A DNA stretch of 42,246 nucleotides from Myxococcota bacterium (GTDB lineage Bacteria > Myxococcota_A > UBA9160 > UBA4427), in NCBI GenBank assembly GCA_036336835.1, contig JAYZFK010000013.1, positions 1-42,246 on the forward strand, written 5' to 3'. The first letter of the stretch is position 1. Each line of letters begins with the position of its first letter. Position numbers and translations under genes: made by a program. The notes beneath the pieces are model-generated. The model made no database searches. It was not told the origin of the DNA and saw only the letters and a list, made by a program, of their open reading frames with translations. Positions 26,932 to 37,263 of the stretch are shown here, piece by piece.

Positions 26932-29064
26932 ATGCTCCGGGTTCTGATCGCACTCGTCGCGCTCCCGATCGTCGCAGTCGCGCTCTACCTCGCCGTGCTG
27001 TTCTGGAACGGCGGGCGCGCCGATTTTCCCCCGGAAGCCGAGCCCGTCGACGAGGCTCGCCCGGAAGCGGTCGTCCGCGCCGCAGTGGCGCGCCAGGCGG
27101 CACGTCGCGCCCTCGTCGAGCGCGCGGACGCAAGTCAGATTCTGTTCGGGGATCTCCACGTCCACACGGTCTACTCCGCAGACGCCCACCTCCAGTCGGT
27201 CCGGATCCGGGATCGCATCAGCCCCAACCCTCCGGCGGACGCATGCGATTTCGCGCGCTTCTGCTCCCAGCTCGACTTCTGGTCGATCAACGACCACGCG
27301 GAGAGCCTGACTCCCGACCTGTGGTCGCGCACCGTCGAGGCCGTCCGGCAGTGCAACGCGTCCGCGGGTGATCCGGCGAACCCCGATCTCGTGAGCTTCC
27401 TCGGCTGGGAGTGGTCCCACCGAGGGTCGCCCGAAGAGCACTACGGACACAAGAACGTGGTGCTCCGCGACATCGAGGATGGACGGATCCCCACCCGTCC
27501 GATCGCCTCTGCGCCAGGCGCTCCTGCCATGTTCCTGTCGATGGGCGTCGTTGCGCCGCTGGTCCGCGGAGACCTCGACGAGTGGGCGGCGTTCCATCGC
27601 TATGCGCGCGATGTGCTGGCTGTCGAGGACTGTCCCTCGGGCCCGGGGGTCCGCGACCTCTCCACGGACTGCCGAGAGTCTGCGACGACGCCGACCGAGT
27701 TGTTCGCAAAGCTCGCAGACTGGGACCTCCCGGCGATCGTGATCCCGCACGGCCTCGCCTGGGGCATGACGAACCCGCCCCACGCCGATCTCAAGTACCA
27801 GATCGAGCAGCACGACCCGCGCTGGCAGCGGCTGCTCGAGGTCTACTCGGGCCACGGCAACTCGGAGGTCTATCGCGAGGTCGCGTGGCCGCGCGAAGAA
27901 GCCGAGGGGTGGACCTGCCCCGCCGGCAGCAGCGACTTCGAGCCCTGCTGCGCGCGCGCCGCCGAGCTCGCGCGCGAGCGCTGCGAGGACGGCGATCGCG
28001 ACGCATGCGACCAGACGGTTGCCGACGCACGCGAGCGCGCCGCCGACAACGGGGGCGGCCTGCTGTCACCGGTCTCTGCGGTGGCGGGTACGACCGTCGA
28101 GGACTGGGGCGACTGCAACCAGCTCCGGGACGCCTTTCTCCCCGCATACAGCTACCGCCCGCGCCAGAGTGCGCAGTACGCCGCCGCGCTCGCAACCGAT
28201 GCGGACGGCAACGCAACCGATGCTCGGCTTCGTTGGGGGCTGATCGGATCGAGCGACAACCATCGCTCGCGCCCCGGCACTGGCTACGCCGAGATCTCGC
28301 GCGAGATCATGACCGACGGTGTCCCCTATCCACTGCCCGACGGTGCGCTCGATCCTCGTCGCGCATCCTTCTTCTACACGGGTGGTCTTGCCGCGGTGCA
28401 TTCCGCTTCGCGGGACCGCGAGTCGATCTTCGAAGCGCTGCGGGAGCGCCGCGTCTATGCGACCTCTGGCGACCGCATCCTGCTGTGGTTCGATCTCCTG
28501 CATCCGGACGGGTCGCGTCGCGCGATGGGATCCGAGGTGTCACTCGACTCGACCCCACGCTTCGAGGTCCGCGCGGTCGGCGACTGGGAGCGTCGTCCCG
28601 GCTGTCCGGACTTCGTGCACGACGCACTCACCGCGGAGCGGATCGCGAGCCTCTGCCAGGGGAGCTGCTACCACCCGTCGGAGATCCGGCGGCGCATCAC
28701 CCGGATCGAGGTCGTGCGCGTGCGCACGCAGCGCGAGCGCGGCGAGCCAGTGGCCCCGCTGATCGAGGACCCCTGGCAGGTTCACGAATGCGAGCCGTCG
28801 CGCGAAGGATGCCGGGCGACGTTCGAGGACGCGGACTTCCTCCGCGATGGCCGCGAAACGATCTACTACGTCCGCGCGATCCAGGAGCCCTCGCTCGCCG
28901 TCAACGGAGATCCCCTCCGCTGCGAGCGCGACGAGACGGGATCGTGCGTTCGTTCGCGCCCGTGCGAACGCGGGCCCGACGGGTTGCCCGACGATTGCCT
29001 TGCGGAGGTCGAGGAGCGCGCCTGGTCGTCGCCGATCTTCCTCGATGTGCTCGCCGAACGCTGA
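26932..29064 (+). CDS. DUF3604-family (PHP-like metal-binding) exported protein
   Basis: FGDLHVHT..S.DA, LDFWSINDHAE, GWEWS, YGHKNV, EVYSGHG.SE, SSDNH...PG, YATSG.RI, YYVRAIQ, ERAWSSPIF; N-terminal membrane anchor. Confidence 0.88.
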   Translation: MLRVLIALVALPIVAVALYLAVLFWNGGRADFPPEAEPVDEARPEAVVRAAVARQAARRALVERADASQILFGDLHVHTVYSADAHLQSVRIRDRISPNPPADACDFARFCSQLDFWSINDHAESLTPDLWSRTVEAVRQCNASAGDPANPDLVSFLGWEWSHRGSPEEHYGHKNVVLRDIEDGRIPTRPIASAPGAPAMFLSMGVVAPLVRGDLDEWAAFHRYARDVLAVEDCPSGPGVRDLSTDCRESATTPTELFAKLADWDLPAIVIPHGLAWGMTNPPHADLKYQIEQHDPRWQRLLEVYSGHGNSEVYREVAWPREEAEGWTCPAGSSDFEPCCARAAELARERCEDGDRDACDQTVADARERAADNGGGLLSPVSAVAGTTVEDWGDCNQLRDAFLPAYSYRPRQSAQYAAALATDADGNATDARLRWGLIGSSDNHRSRPGTGYAEISREIMTDGVPYPLPDGALDPRRASFFYTGGLAAVHSASRDRESIFEALRERRVYATSGDRILLWFDLLHPDGSRRAMGSEVSLDSTPRFEVRAVGDWERRPGCPDFVHDALTAERIASLCQGSCYHPSEIRRRITRIEVVRVRTQRERGEPVAPLIEDPWQVHECEPSREGCRATFEDADFLRDGRETIYYVRAIQEPSLAVNGDPLRCERDETGSCVRSRPCERGPDGLPDDCLAEVEERAWSSPIFLDVLAER

Positions 29065-29126
29065 GCCAGCGCCACGAGCGCATTCTCGGCCATCGGCCCC
29101 AGATTCCCGATCATGCACCTCGCGGG

Positions 29127-29831
29127 TCAGGTCCAGCTTCCGAGCTGCGTTGGCGCGTCGAGGGCTCGCGCGAGCGCCTCGAGGAAGCGCTCGCGCGGCC
29201 ACTCCCGCGCTCCGAGGCGCGCGAGGTGATCGGTGTGCAGCTGGCAGTCGATGAAGTCGAAGCCCCAGGCCTCGGTGCGCTGGGCCAGCGCGACGAAGGC
29301 GACCTTCGAGGCATCGGCTCGGTGCGCGAACATCGACTCGCCGAAGAAGGCCCGCCCCAGCGACAGGCCATAGCAACCCCCGACGAGCTCCCCGTCCTCG
29401 TAGGCTTCCGCCGAGTGGGCGAAGCCGAGCGCGTGCAGCTCGCAGTAGGCGTCGATCATCTCCGGCGTGATCCAGGTTCCGTCCTGGCCGGGCCGAGGCG
29501 TCGCGCTGCAGGCGCGGATCACAGCCGCGAAGTCCGTGTCGAAGCGCAGCTCGTAACGACCCGAATCGATGCGGCGGCGCAGCGAGCGCGCGACGTGCAC
29601 CTCGCCAGGCGACAACACCATGCGCGGGTCGGGCGAGAACCACAGGATGGGCGGCTCGTTGAACCAGGGGAAGATGCCGCTCGCGTAGGCGGACAGCAGA
29701 CGATCGGCGGACAGGTCACCGCCCCACGCGAGCAAGCCTTCGGCGGGCGCATCGCGCGGATCTGGGAAGGGCTGCGCGCGCACGAGGCTGCGCAGCATGT
29801 CGGCGAGATCGACTTCCCGAAGTTTCTTCAC
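29127..29831 (-). CDS. aat: Leucyl/phenylalanyl-tRNA-protein transferase
   Basis: GLLAWGGDL, AY..GIFPW, WFSPDPR, TWIT, GFAHS.E, FFGESMF, DASKVA, IDCQ; GTG overlaps LOG stop (alternative ATG 29798). Confidence 0.95.
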   Translation of the reverse strand: MKKLREVDLADMLRSLVRAQPFPDPRDAPAEGLLAWGGDLSADRLLSAYASGIFPWFNEPPILWFSPDPRMVLSPGEVHVARSLRRRIDSGRYELRFDTDFAAVIRACSATPRPGQDGTWITPEMIDAYCELHALGFAHSAEAYEDGELVGGCYGLSLGRAFFGESMFAHRADASKVAFVALAQRTEAWGFDFIDCQLHTDHLARLGAREWPRERFLEALARALDAPTQLGSWT

Positions 29832-30412
29832 GAAACCGCGAAGCCCCGCGCCTCCTCGCTCCAGCGCGGTGCCTGGGCGATCGCCGGCAGCACCTGCTCG
29901 GGCTCGTCCACCACCTGCCACATCGGACGGTGCTGCTCGCTCATGAAGCGCTCGGCGATGCAGCGGTCGAGCAGCTCGATCCAGGGATCGAAGAAGCGCC
30001 GCGTGTTCACCACGACGATCGGGCCGGCGTAGAGCCCGAGGCGTTTGAACGTGATGGCCTCCATCAGCTCCTCGAGCGTGCCGCAGCCACCGGGCAGGGC
30101 GACGACCGCATCCGCCGCATCGAGCATCCGGCGCTGGCGCTCGCGCAGATCCTCGACGAGATCGAGCTGGCTGATTCGGTCGTGACCCCATTCGAGATCG
30201 CGCATGAACTGGGGCAACACGCCGTGGACGCGGCCGCCCGCCTGCAACGCACCGTCGGCGAGCGCCCCCATCGAGCCGTGGCCGCCGCCACCGTAGACGA
30301 CCCCGACGCCGGCGCGCGCCAACTCACCGCCGAGGCGATCCGCGGCGACGTAGTAGGCCGGGTCACAGCTGCGGCTCGATGCACAGAACACCAGGACTTG
30401 GCGGAGCTTCAA
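29828..30412 (-). CDS. LOG family nucleotide phosphoribohydrolase (TIGR00730-like)
   Basis: VFCASS, VYGGG..G.MG, LPGGCGTLEE; TTG at 30412 after GGAGGG. Confidence 0.92.
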   Translation of the reverse strand: MKLRQVLVFCASSRSCDPAYYVAADRLGGELARAGVGVVYGGGGHGSMGALADGALQAGGRVHGVLPQFMRDLEWGHDRISQLDLVEDLRERQRRMLDAADAVVALPGGCGTLEELMEAITFKRLGLYAGPIVVVNTRRFFDPWIELLDRCIAERFMSEQHRPMWQVVDEPEQVLPAIAQAPRWSEEARGFAVS

Positions 30413-30500
30413 CGCGCGTGCCCTCCGGTCGACGATGGCGACGACCGAGGGTAGCGAGTGGTGGGCAAGCTCCGGAGCGCGCGCCCGCCGGGGCAGCGCG

Positions 30501-30525
30501 AAAACCAAACGCCGGTTGCCGCGGC
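30501..30525 (-). terminator. Possible intrinsic terminator of the structured RNA
   Basis: Minus strand GCCGCGGCAACCGGC (GCCG/CGGC stem) followed by GTTTGGTTTT. Confidence 0.35.
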
Positions 30526-30689
30526 TCGCTCCCGAGCTACCCTGACGGTCCAGGTTCGAACAACAGGGATGATTTCAGGCGCTTGCAGGCCCTCGGACCT
30601 CCGCTTCCCCGCAAGGGGACGGTTTCCGAACCCGCGGAACCGACGTGCTAAGCGCCAATGTCGACAGCGAGAGCTGCGAGAGCGAGAGC
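30524..30689 (-). ncRNA. ssrS: Structured ~165-nt RNA, probably 6S RNA
   Basis: Ends pair (plus-strand CTCGCTCCCGAGCT with AGCTGCGAGAGCGAG); inner stem GGCGCTTGCA 30578-30587 with TGCTAAGCGCC 30646-30656; unpaired central region; A-C mismatches on plus become G-U pairs on minus; hairpin plus T-rich tail follows on minus. Strand and identity not certain. Confidence 0.55.
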
Positions 30690-30692
30690 ATC

Positions 30693-31904
30693 ATGAGTGA
30701 GCGCTCCGGTGACGGGGAGTCGCGCGGCAAGACACCGTCGGGTCCGTCGACGCGTTCGGTGCACGGCGGCGAGCGCCAGCACCGCGATTCCCACGCCGTC
30801 ACGACCCCCATCCACCAGACGTCCACCTTCTGGTTCGAGGGCTCGCAGGAGGTCATCGATTACAACGAGGGCCGCAATCCGCGCGACGAGTACGGGCGCT
30901 ACGGCAACCCGACCTGGCGCGCGGTGGAGCGCAAGCTGTCCGAGCTCGAGGGCGCCGAGGAGAGCGTGCTGTTCGCCTCGGGCATGTGCGCCGCCACCAC
31001 GACCTTCCTGGCACTGCTGCCAGCGGGCAGCCATCTCGTGGTGACCAGCGATTGCTACCGCCGCACGCGGCAGTTCATCCAGGAGTACCTCGGGCGCATG
31101 GGTGTCGAGACCACGGTGATCGAGCCGAGCGATACGCAGAAGCTCGCGGCGACGCTGCGCGACGACACCGCGGTGTTCTTCACCGAATCGCCGACCAACC
31201 CGTATCTGCGCGTGATCGACGTCGAGCAGGCCGTTGCGGTCGCACACGAACGCGATGTCAAGGTGGTGATCGACACGACCTTCGCGTCGCCCGTGAACCA
31301 CCGACCGCTCGAGCAGGGTGCTGACCTCGTGCTGCACAGCGCCACCAAGTACCTGGGTGGGCACAACGATCTGCTGGCTGGAACCGTCTCGGGCAGCTCC
31401 GAGATCATCGGACCGATCCGCAACGCGGTGGGCGTGCTCGGCGGCGTGATCGACAGCCACGCCGCCTGGCTGCTGCTGCGCGGTCTCAAGACCCTGGCGC
31501 TCCGCATGGAGCGTCACAACGCAAACGGTCAGGCGCTGGCGGAATGGCTCGAAGGCCACGCCAAGGTGCGGCGCGTCGTCTACCCGGGTTTGCCGAGCCA
31601 CCCCGACTACGAGGCCGCCAAGCGGCAAATGCAGGGCTTCGGGGGCGTCGTGACGTTCGAGCTCGACACGGATCTCGAAGGCGCGAAGCGCTTCATCGAC
31701 TCGCTCGAGCTGCCCTACCAGGCGCCGAGCCTCGGCGGGGTCGAGTCGCTGGTGGAGCTGCCGATCACCATGTCGTACTGGGACATCCCGCCGGCGGAGC
31801 GGCTCGCCATGGGCATCACCGACTCGCTCGTGCGCTTCTCGACGGGCGTCGAGGACATCGAGGACCTGCTGCGCGACATCGGCCAGGCGCTCGACCGGGT
31901 CTGA
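30693..31904 (+). CDS. metB: PLP-dependent trans-sulfuration enzyme, cystathionine gamma-synthase-like
   Basis: YGRYGNPT, FASGM.A, ESPTNP, HSATKYLGGHND, RGLKTL.LR, SLGGVESL; ATG at 30693. Confidence 0.8.
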   Translation: MSERSGDGESRGKTPSGPSTRSVHGGERQHRDSHAVTTPIHQTSTFWFEGSQEVIDYNEGRNPRDEYGRYGNPTWRAVERKLSELEGAEESVLFASGMCAATTTFLALLPAGSHLVVTSDCYRRTRQFIQEYLGRMGVETTVIEPSDTQKLAATLRDDTAVFFTESPTNPYLRVIDVEQAVAVAHERDVKVVIDTTFASPVNHRPLEQGADLVLHSATKYLGGHNDLLAGTVSGSSEIIGPIRNAVGVLGGVIDSHAAWLLLRGLKTLALRMERHNANGQALAEWLEGHAKVRRVVYPGLPSHPDYEAAKRQMQGFGGVVTFELDTDLEGAKRFIDSLELPYQAPSLGGVESLVELPITMSYWDIPPAERLAMGITDSLVRFSTGVEDIEDLLRDIGQALDRV

Positions 31905-31951
31905 CGGGGCACACCTGCCTCGCGTGACGGCATGCGGGCTAGCATCGTCCC

Positions 31952-34240
31952 GTGGCCGACCGATCCCCCAAACATCCCCCCAAAGGCCCCGCCAAACGTC
32001 CCCCCAAAGGCCCCGCCGAACGCGCGGCCGAGCAGCTCTCGCTGGCACAGGCGACGAGCGAGGTCGGCGTCGACAGCTCGCTCGCCGGCCAGATCGAGCG
32101 GGTCACGTTCCACCGGCCCGAGGGCGGCTTCTGCGTGCTGCGCGTGCGCGTGTCCGATCGGCGCGAACTCGTCACGGTCATCGGCAACACGCCGAGCGTG
32201 TCGGCGGGCGAGGGCATTCGCGCCGAGGGGCGCTTCGAGCGCGATCCGCGACACGGCCTGCAGTTCAAGGCCCGCGAGCTTGCGGTCGCCCCCCCGTCGA
32301 CGCGCGAAGGGATCGAGAAGTACCTGGCTTCGGGCGCCGTGCACGGCGTCGGACCGGAGCTCGCGCGGCGGCTGGTCGGCGCCTTCGGCGAGCGCGTGTT
32401 CGACGTGGTCGAGCGCGCTCCGCACCAGCTGCGCGACGTCGAGGGCGTGGGAGCCAAGCGCGCCCAGAGCATCGCGCGCGCGTTTCGCACCCAGAGCCGC
32501 GTGCGAGAGCTGATGCTGTTCCTCCACTCCCACGGCCTCGGCACGGCGCGGGCCGCGCGCATCCACCGCCGCTACGGCGAGCGCGCGGTCGAGCAGATCC
32601 GCGAGGATCCGTACTGCCTGGCACGCGACATCCGCGGCATCGGCTTCGCCACGGCCGACGGGCTCGCGCGCCAGCTCGGCATCGCGCCGGAGGCCCGCAT
32701 CCGCCTGCGCGCCGGGCTCCACCACGTGCTCGATCAAGCCGCCTCCGACGGGCACTGTGGCCTGCCCGAGCAAGAGCTGCTCCGCCAAGCATGCGAGCTG
32801 CTCGCTGGCAACGATGCCGCACTGCACGAGGCACTCGAATCCGAAATCACCGCCGAGCAGCTGGTGCGCGACTCGCTCGGGGACGACCGGGCGATCTTCG
32901 TGCCACGGCTCCACCGCGCCGAACGCGAGGCCGCGGCCCGGCTGCGCGCGCTCGCGGAGACCGCGCTGCCGTGGCCCGACATCGATCCCGAACGCGCGAT
33001 GGGCTGGGCAGAGGCAGAGCTCGGCGTCGAGCTCGCGCGCAGCCAGCGCGAAGCCGTCGCCGCGGTGCTGGGCGCCAAGGTGGCGGTGCTGACGGGCGGT
33101 CCGGGCGTCGGCAAGACGACCCTGATGCGCACACTGCTGGCAATCCTGCGCGCCAAGCAAGTCCGCGTCGAGCTCGCAGCGCCGACGGGTCGCGCGGCGC
33201 GCAGGCTGGCCGACGCGACGGGCCTCGCGGCACGCACACTCCATCGGCTGCTCGAGGTCGACCCGTCGGCACGCGGCGGCTTCCGCCGCGGCGTCGAGCT
33301 GCCGCTCGATTGCGACCTGGTCGTGGTCGACGAGGCCTCGATGGTCGACGTCATGCTGTTTGCCGCACTCCTGCGCGCGATCCCACGCCACGCGGCCCTG
33401 CTCCTGGTCGGTGATGCCGATCAACTTCCTTCCGTCGGCCCGGGCCGCGTGCTGGCCGACGTGATCGACTCGGGAGCCGTCACAGCCGTCCGGCTGGTCG
33501 AAGTGTTTCGGCAGGCCGAGCAGAGCGGCATCATCCGCGCCGCCCACGCGATCCACGCCGGGCGCACGCCTGAACTCGGACGCGACGAGGCGACCGACTT
33601 CTTCTTCATCGAGGCGGGCGAGCCCGAGCGAGCGGCCGAGCTGGTGCTCACGGTCGTGCGCGAACGCATCCCGCGCCGCTTCGGTCTGGATCCGCTGCGC
33701 GACGTGCAGGTACTGACGCCGATGCACCGAGGCGTCGTCGGCACCGAAAACCTCAACGCGCTGCTGCAACGCGAGCTCAACCCAGGAGCCACCGAGAGCG
33801 CGTCGCTCTCGCACGCCGGGTACGCCTTCGCTCAGGGCGACAAGGTGATGCAGACCGAGAATGACTACGACAAGGATGTCTTCAACGGCGACCTGGGAAA
33901 GGTCGAGCGAGTCGATCCCGACGAAGGAACGCTACAGGTCGCTTTCGACGGCCGCAGCCTCGAGTACGAGCGCAGCGAGCTCGACTCTCTCGCCCTCGCC
34001 TACGCGATCACGGTTCACAAGTCGCAAGGATCGGAGTACCCGGCCGTCGTGCTGGCACTGTCGACACAGCACTACCCTATGCTCGAGCGGCGCCTTGCGT
34101 ACACGGCCATCACACGGGGCAAGCAGCTCGTCGTCGTGGTGGGCCAGCAGCGAGCGCTCGAGATCGCACTGCGCCGCGACGAGGAACGTCAGAGGCACTC
34201 GAAGCTCGCGGAGTGGCTGCGAGCACCGAAAGCCCTCTAG
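31952..34240 (+). CDS. recD2: ATP-dependent RecD-like DNA helicase
   Basis: N-terminal HhH region (GVG..LA.RLV..FG), GIGF.TAD, GGPGVGKT, APTGRAA, VDEASM, GD.DQLPSVGPG, YAITVHKSQGSE. Confidence 0.95.
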   Translation: MADRSPKHPPKGPAKRPPKGPAERAAEQLSLAQATSEVGVDSSLAGQIERVTFHRPEGGFCVLRVRVSDRRELVTVIGNTPSVSAGEGIRAEGRFERDPRHGLQFKARELAVAPPSTREGIEKYLASGAVHGVGPELARRLVGAFGERVFDVVERAPHQLRDVEGVGAKRAQSIARAFRTQSRVRELMLFLHSHGLGTARAARIHRRYGERAVEQIREDPYCLARDIRGIGFATADGLARQLGIAPEARIRLRAGLHHVLDQAASDGHCGLPEQELLRQACELLAGNDAALHEALESEITAEQLVRDSLGDDRAIFVPRLHRAEREAAARLRALAETALPWPDIDPERAMGWAEAELGVELARSQREAVAAVLGAKVAVLTGGPGVGKTTLMRTLLAILRAKQVRVELAAPTGRAARRLADATGLAARTLHRLLEVDPSARGGFRRGVELPLDCDLVVVDEASMVDVMLFAALLRAIPRHAALLLVGDADQLPSVGPGRVLADVIDSGAVTAVRLVEVFRQAEQSGIIRAAHAIHAGRTPELGRDEATDFFFIEAGEPERAAELVLTVVRERIPRRFGLDPLRDVQVLTPMHRGVVGTENLNALLQRELNPGATESASLSHAGYAFAQGDKVMQTENDYDKDVFNGDLGKVERVDPDEGTLQVAFDGRSLEYERSELDSLALAYAITVHKSQGSEYPAVVLALSTQHYPMLERRLAYTAITRGKQLVVVVGQQRALEIALRRDEERQRHSKLAEWLRAPKAL
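31968..32022 (+). repeat. 24-bp tandem repeat (2.3 copies) encoding PK(H/R)PPKGPA in the RecD2 N-terminus
   Basis: ccaaacatccccccaaaggccccg / ccaaacgtccccccaaaggccccg / ccgaacg. Confidence 0.85.
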
Positions 34241-34285
34241 CATCCGGCAACGCTCGCCGACTCAATCGACCCTGGAGGATTCCCC

Positions 34286-34762
34286 GTGCTCAAGACCCTC
34301 TCGCGACTCGCGCTCTGCGGACTGCTCACCGCCCTCATCGGACCCGCGATCGCCGAACCCGACGCCGAACCCGACGCGGCGCGCGAGCTGCCCGAGGTCC
34401 ACGTCTACAAGACCCCGACCTGCGGATGCTGCGGCAAGTGGGTCGAGCACCTGCGCGCGCACGGCTTCCCGGTGCGCACGACCGACCTGCCGAGGCTCGA
34501 CTCGGTGAAGCAGCAAAACGGCATCCCGCGCGGGCTGTCGTCGTGCCACACGGCGATCGTCGGCTCCTACGTGATCGAAGGCCACGTCCCGGCAGGCGAC
34601 ATCGCCCGCCTGCTCGAAGAGAAGCCGGCCGTCAGCGGTCTCGCCGTCCCGCGCATGCCGCGCGGCTCGCCTGGGATGGAGGGTCCGAATCCCGTTCGCT
34701 ACCGCGTGCTCGCCTTCGACTCCGACGCGAACATCACGACCTTCGCGACCCACGGCCCTTGA
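34286..34762 (+). CDS. DUF411/CopG-like periplasmic metal-binding protein
   Basis: Signal peptide, VYKTPTCGCC.KW..HL, SCHTA, EGHVPA, GLAVP.MP.GSPGME. Confidence 0.9.
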   Translation: MLKTLSRLALCGLLTALIGPAIAEPDAEPDAARELPEVHVYKTPTCGCCGKWVEHLRAHGFPVRTTDLPRLDSVKQQNGIPRGLSSCHTAIVGSYVIEGHVPAGDIARLLEEKPAVSGLAVPRMPRGSPGMEGPNPVRYRVLAFDSDANITTFATHGP

Positions 34763-34778
34763 CGACTCGCCGACCCGG

Positions 34779-35325
34779 CTAGAGCAGCCAGCCCTCGCGC
34801 GGCGATTCGCTCTCGAGTGCGAGCAGCCGTGCCTTGAGCTCGAGGCCGCCGGCGTAGCCCTGCAGCTTGCCTCTCGCCCCGACGATGCGGTGGCACGGGA
34901 TCACGATCGGCAGCGGGTTCGCGCCGTTGGCGGCGCCGACCGCGCGCTGCGCCTTGGGCCGACCGATTCGCGCGCCGATCTCGGAGTAGCTCGCGGTCTG
35001 GCCGAACGGAACGCGTGCCACCTCCTGGTAGACCGCTAGCTGGAAGTCCGTGCCTCGCAGATCGAGCTCGAGGTCGAATGTCTTGCGCTTGCCCTCGCTG
35101 AACTCGACCAGCTGTCCTGCGGCGGCGCGGTTGGGCGCATAGCCCTCGCGCAGGCTGGCCGCGCGCGCGTTGGTCTTCATCCACCCGGCGAGACCGCGAC
35201 CGCTTGCATTGGGGAGCTCGATGTAGACGAGACCGAGGCTCGACGAGACCGTGCGCAGCCGACCCATCGCGGTCTCGACATCGGCGAAATGGAGGATCTC
35301 CATTGGCATTCCAGGATACCGCCTG

Positions 35326-35333
<8 letters not shown>
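34779..35333 (-). CDS. ogt: Methylated-DNA-protein-cysteine S-methyltransferase
   Basis: GTDFQ, P.G.T.SY, RAVG.ANG.NP..IVIPCHRIVG, GYAGG; start could also be 35309 or 35303. Confidence 0.92.
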
Positions 35334-36795
<1,462 letters not shown>

Positions 36796-36921
36796 GGGCG
36801 ATGGAGCATAGCGATGGAACCACTGGTCGCTCGCCCGTTGACCGCGGGGTGGACTCGCCGACGAAATGCGAAGGGCCGGCGGGTAGTACCCGCCGGCCCC
36901 ATACGCTCTTCGTCGAGCTGA

Positions 36922-37263
36922 CTAACGACGGCCGCGCTTTGCCGTACGGCTCCGCGTGGTCTTGCTGGTGGTGCGACGTGCAGTGGCACGCCGTGTCTTC
37001 GGCTTGGCCTTGGCCTTGCCCGTGCGGCGCTTGCTGCCGGGCTTCGCCATCTTCACTCGCGCGACGTCTCCATCCTTGTCGATGAAGTAGAGCCAACCCG
37101 TCTCGCGCTCGACGCCAGCCTTGGCGATGCGCTCCTTCTTGCCGCGCTTCTGCTTGCCGCCTCCGCGCTGCGCAGGAACACGGCTCACATCTCCTCGCTT
37201 GTCGAGAAAGTAGAGAAAGCCGTACTCACGTTCGACACCGGTCTTTGCGATCTTGGTGGCCAT
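36922..37263 (-). CDS. Small basic protein with two internal repeats and a Lys/Arg/Thr tail
   Basis: KIAKTGVEREYGFLYFLDKRGDVSRV and RIAKAGVERETGWLYFIDKDGDVARV; ATG at 37263 after AGAGGGGGG. Confidence 0.85.
   Translation of the reverse strand: MATKIAKTGVEREYGFLYFLDKRGDVSRVPAQRGGGKQKRGKKERIAKAGVERETGWLYFIDKDGDVARVKMAKPGSKRRTGKAKAKPKTRRATARRTTSKTTRSRTAKRGRR

Noticed and set aside
25318..27855. 845-aa minus-strand ORF and other long alternative ORFs (9376-11472 extension, 27411-30032, 31715-33814, 35251-36921, 38601-40496)
   Set aside because: Shadow frames of well-supported genes in high-GC DNA; low-complexity Arg/Ala/Gly or antisense-like composition and no motifs.
30524..30689. SAM-I or SAH riboswitch call for the metB upstream region
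   Set aside because: Expected conserved cores not found by eye; end-to-end rod pairing fits a 6S-like RNA better. Kept only as an alternative.
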